Notes under the pieces: model-generated
Seen by the model: only the letters and a program-made list of their open reading frames with translations
Database searches by the model: none
What the model was told of the DNA's origin: nothing
From: an uncultured Candidatus Bathyarchaeia archaeon
GTDB taxonomy: Archaea > Thermoproteota > Bathyarchaeia > 40CM-2-53-6 > JALHTG01
Direction: 5' to 3'
NCBI GenBank assembly: GCA_964528315.1
Contig: CAZGRO010000002.1
Coordinates: forward strand, 3,664-49,912
DNA: 46,249 bases
Made by a program: the position numbers and the translations under genes
Shown here: piece by piece, positions 43,491 through 46,249 of the stretch
How positions within the stretch are numbered: position 1 is the first letter of the stretch
How the letters are laid out: every line of letters begins with the position of its first letter

Positions 43491-44426
43491 TTGGAGAAGA
43501 GCTTGAGACAAAGGCACATGATATGGTGGATAAGAAAAACAGCTCAGGTGCTTAGTACAGTCGCATTGACTGGAGCAAACCTTGGAGTTGCTAAGACTGT
43601 CATTACTCTCCCGATACTACTGACCTTGGGCAGCGGTGAGAAGACTGCTGTTGATGCGCTGGATGCCATCCAACATATGTCTGCTGAAGCAATCGTGCCT
43701 TGGTTACCAATCGCAGTCTTTCTTGTTTTTGGCGTCTTCATCGGTAGAGCGACATGTGGATGGATCTGCCCATTTGGGCTTCTGCAGGATCTTGTCGGCA
43801 CAGTCAATGCAAAACCTGGTGATGTCTCGCCCAGAACACACGGTGGAGCAATCAGAGTCAAATACGCGATTCTGGGAACGACGCTCTTTGTCAGTGGTTC
43901 ACTCCTGCTTTCACTTATCTACGGGGTGGGAGCAGACTACAAGGCAGCTCTAGGTGTACTGTCACATGGACCGTTCTCGGCGCTCTCTCCTGAAGCCACA
44001 CTGCTAGGGGTCATGCCAATAGTCGGAAGAATGGTTCTTCTGTATTTTCTTGGAGTTCCTCCTATCGGAAATCCGCTTGCCTTTGATCCTATGTGGAGCA
44101 GATTGAGTTCCATGACTTGGTTGCTGGCGATAAGACTGATGATACTGATCTTCGTCATAGTCATTTCGTTTTTCGTTTTGAGAGCATGGTGCAGATATTT
44201 CTGCCCTGCCGGAGCGCTTCTAGCAGTATTTGGCAGAGTTAGCTTCCTAGGTCTGAAGAGAAACCTGCTTCAGTGCAATAGATGCGGCGACTGCATGAAG
44301 GTCTGTCCCATGCTAGTTCGAATAACTGAGAAGCCGTGGGAGAAAATGACAGATCCTGAGTGTATTATGTGTCTTGAGTGTACCGACGCTTGTGAACACA
44401 AGGCGATAACACCCACCTTCCCGTAG
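43491..44426 (+). CDS. NapH/MauN-like membrane-bound 4Fe-4S polyferredoxin
   Basis: TM helices with CGWICPFG and CRYFCPAG motifs, plus two ferredoxin motifs CNRCGDCMKVCP and CIMCLECTDACE. Start TTG 43491 or ATG 43518. Confidence 0.8.
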   Translation: MEKSLRQRHMIWWIRKTAQVLSTVALTGANLGVAKTVITLPILLTLGSGEKTAVDALDAIQHMSAEAIVPWLPIAVFLVFGVFIGRATCGWICPFGLLQDLVGTVNAKPGDVSPRTHGGAIRVKYAILGTTLFVSGSLLLSLIYGVGADYKAALGVLSHGPFSALSPEATLLGVMPIVGRMVLLYFLGVPPIGNPLAFDPMWSRLSSMTWLLAIRLMILIFVIVISFFVLRAWCRYFCPAGALLAVFGRVSFLGLKRNLLQCNRCGDCMKVCPMLVRITEKPWEKMTDPECIMCLECTDACEHKAITPTFP

Positions 44427-44449
44427 CTAGAAATCCGTCACTCTGAAGG

Positions 44450-45220
44450 CTATTTCTTAGATATCTTTCTCCCAAAAGTCAAGTATCCTGTGTGACCTAC
44501 CATCAACGACATTGGCCTAGTCTTGCCTTTTTCAACCCGAATACTTCTAACAAAACACTCCACTGTCTCTATGTCAACAAACTTCCCAGTCATCGCCTCC
44601 ACAACCCTCTCCACCTGATTGATAGTTGGACTGAAAGAGGCCAGTGAGTGACCCCCCTTCAATGCTGTGTGCGCGGGATGGATTACGAGCCATGGATCTC
44701 CAAGATCTACGAAAACAGCATCAACATCCTTCTCCTCAAATCCTTCTTTCGCATCAGCGTTTCTGAGGGTCACATATTCGCTGAGTCTCATCTTTTGGAG
44801 ATTTGTTTTCGCAGTCTCGATGAATTCCGGCCTGATTTCGTAACTGTAGACATGCCCACCCGGCCTAACGATATTCGCGAGACTGGCCGTCATCGCCCCA
44901 CTTCCTGTTCCCGCCTCAATCACTATACTGCCGGGCCCAAGACCAAGTCTATACAGGCACAGACCTATGTCCTTGTCGTAGAGTATTTGCGTTGGCCTGC
45001 GCAGTTGATGGATCCGATCGCATAGGGTAGGCGAGAGGAGATAGAATTCCACTCCCAGTGTACTTGTCACGCAGCTCCCCAAGGCTTTCCCGATCATCTC
45101 TCCCAACCTCACAATCCCCATATGCGTATGGAAGTCTCTCCCTTCTCTTGCCTCTACAACCCACTTCCTCTTCTCGTTCAAATAGAGGAGTACTTGTTCT
45201 CCATCCTTGATTATGGTCAT
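44450..45220 (-). CDS. trmI: tRNA (adenine-N1)-methyltransferase TrmI (Gcd14 family)
   Basis: IVIEAGTGSGAMT SAM motif and DAVFVDLGDPW, with an N-terminal beta domain. Confidence 0.88.
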   Translation of the reverse strand: MTIIKDGEQVLLYLNEKRKWVVEAREGRDFHTHMGIVRLGEMIGKALGSCVTSTLGVEFYLLSPTLCDRIHQLRRPTQILYDKDIGLCLYRLGLGPGSIVIEAGTGSGAMTASLANIVRPGGHVYSYEIRPEFIETAKTNLQKMRLSEYVTLRNADAKEGFEEKDVDAVFVDLGDPWLVIHPAHTALKGGHSLASFSPTINQVERVVEAMTGKFVDIETVECFVRSIRVEKGKTRPMSLMVGHTGYLTFGRKISKK

Positions 45221-45657
45221 CGCTTCACCGGCCGTAGCATGCGCCTTATGATGCTGACAAATCTCTCTCCAGACTGTCTGGGTACCATTGTTATTGTGAC
45301 CGGAGTGTTATTTGTGGCAGTGAGTCTGATCTTGGCAAACAGCCAACAATATGTTGCTGCCAGCAGGCCTGCTGTGCCAAGCCAAGAAACCCACCATACG
45401 ATCGATGAATAGTTGCCAAGGATAGACGCGGGCCATGATCCTTCACCAAGCCACCATAGGAAAAGAAGAAGGGTAAGTGACGACAGAGAAACAATGATCG
45501 GCGGAAAAACACTGTTGACGATAAGCTCGATTGCCACTATCTCGTCGAGAGGGATCTCGATCCTGCCTGGAGGAAACGATTTCAAGATCTCTATTAAAGT
45601 CCCATCTGTAGAGATCCGGGCATACAGCCCTCTGCATTCCGCCTTCTGCTCACTCAA
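45217..45657 (-). CDS. Hypothetical membrane protein (soluble N-terminal domain + 2-3 TM helices)
   Basis: 146-aa ORF whose stop overlaps the trmI start by 4 nt, which suggests translational coupling. No family recognised. Confidence 0.55.
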   Translation of the reverse strand: MSEQKAECRGLYARISTDGTLIEILKSFPPGRIEIPLDEIVAIELIVNSVFPPIIVSLSSLTLLLFLWWLGEGSWPASILGNYSSIVWWVSWLGTAGLLAATYCWLFAKIRLTATNNTPVTITMVPRQSGERFVSIIRRMLRPVKR

Positions 45658-45935
45658 TTGTACATCAGTTACCCCTACTATCCATTACTCAGCACTCATC
45701 TGCTAAGATGTTCACTCTTAATTCTTGGTAGGATCACAGTAGTGAATAATCCTTTTGCCTCATCTTGCAAGCAGTCAGGGTGTTGGACGTGAATGGGAGA
45801 CTCGTCATGTGGATGTTGGCTGGTTCCCATGAGTTCCGGGTGCTACAAGTGCCGTCGTGGTGATCTCTGTCGAACTCATGAAAGCTGTGACAAGAAGAGA
45901 TGCGAGTGGGTTTCTGAGGCATATCCACATCTGAT

Positions 45936-46249
45936 TTATGGTATGTGGGCGAGAATTGCTCTCAAGTCGCTTCCTCTCACGATGATGTCGCAAGCATTCT
46001 GAGCGTTCCGCTTTGGGTTGAATGCGATTCTTAACCCAGCTTCGCTCGGCAGATCAAAGCTGTTGTCTCCGACGACCGCACATCTGTCAAGAGAGACTCT
46101 CAGTTGCTTCGCGATATTCTTGATCACTTGACCTTTTTCATTGAGAGGAACCTTAACGGTCACTTCGCCAGTCAATCGTCCTCGAGAAACATGCAGCTCA
46201 TTGGCTATGGCGAAATCCATGCCAAGATATTCGCACGCTCGGTCAGAAA
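45936..46249 (-). CDS. HAD-superfamily hydrolase, phosphoserine phosphatase (SerB)-like; N-terminus beyond window end
   Basis: The frame stays open to base 46249 (FLTERANILGMDFAIANEL...). C-terminal part VVGDNSFDLPSEAGLRIAFNPK resembles HAD motif IV of SerB-type enzymes. Confidence 0.6.
   Translation of the reverse strand, partial: SDRACEYLGMDFAIANELHVSRGRLTGEVTVKVPLNEKGQVIKNIAKQLRVSLDRCAVVGDNSFDLPSEAGLRIAFNPKRNAQNACDIIVRGSDLRAILAHIP

Noticed and set aside
45793-46002. Cys-rich plus-strand 69-aa ORF.
   Set aside because: It overlaps the C-terminal coding region of the SerB-like gene on the other strand and has no recognisable zinc-finger spacing.
1-46249. Scanned for tRNA T-loop signatures (GGTTCRAATCC and complement), rRNA, CRISPR-like regular repeats, IS/transposase or integrase genes, toxin-antitoxin pairs and known defence genes.
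   Set aside because: None seen by eye. This is a manual scan, so short or degenerate elements could have been missed. tRNAscan, Rfam and repeat finders should be run.

Overview
This is an archaeal chromosomal segment made almost entirely of housekeeping genes. I saw no rRNA, tRNA, CRISPR array, transposase, integrase or recognisable defence gene on either strand, by eye only.

Information-processing genes:
- The 3' three-quarters of an RNA polymerase subunit A gene in which the A' and A'' parts are one reading frame, followed by rpl30e and nusA.
- rps13-rps4, a solitary rpoK, and rps25e.
- The proteasome/exosome superoperon: psmA, SBDS, rrp4-rrp41-rrp42, rpl37ae, pcc1 and pfdB.

Metabolic and other genes:
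- A DHH phosphoesterase, an ECF transporter module (EcfA1, EcfA2, EcfT) and cofE.
- A membrane-anchored subtilase.
- A loose sugar/glycan-modification patch: DegT aminotransferase, fucose-isomerase-like protein, methyltransferase and polysaccharide deacetylase.
- Ard1-type acetyltransferase, site-2 protease, a LarA homologue, pyrE and trmI.
- A run on the minus strand: FBP aldolase/phosphatase, NADH oxidase/CoADR-like flavoprotein, 2-hydroxyacid dehydrogenase and a tRNA-binding protein.
- tpiA and a NapH-like polyferredoxin.

Lineage: eS25, an aKMT-like methyltransferase, the unsplit rpoA, FBP aldolase/phosphatase and a rubredoxin together suggest a TACK-type, probably anaerobic archaeon. This is inference, not proven.

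I do not see a convincing new multi-gene system. The items most worth a second look are:
- the unsplit rpoA;
- a 53-aa rubredoxin gene missed by the ORF track, beside a 12-nt motif repeated in its divergent promoter;
- an insertion (a Cys-rich ORF plus a methyltransferase) splitting the proteasome/exosome superoperon;
- an uncharacterised 247-aa protein with an internal duplication, upstream of the subtilase and rps25e;
- cofE lacking a canonical start codon;
- an AT-rich wHTH regulator islet flanked by 11-nt direct repeats;
- two roughly 0.5-kb stretches without credible coding capacity.

Many genes start with GTG or TTG. A recurring CTTATAT TATA-like box helps to place several starts. All coordinates were derived by hand from the printed sequence.
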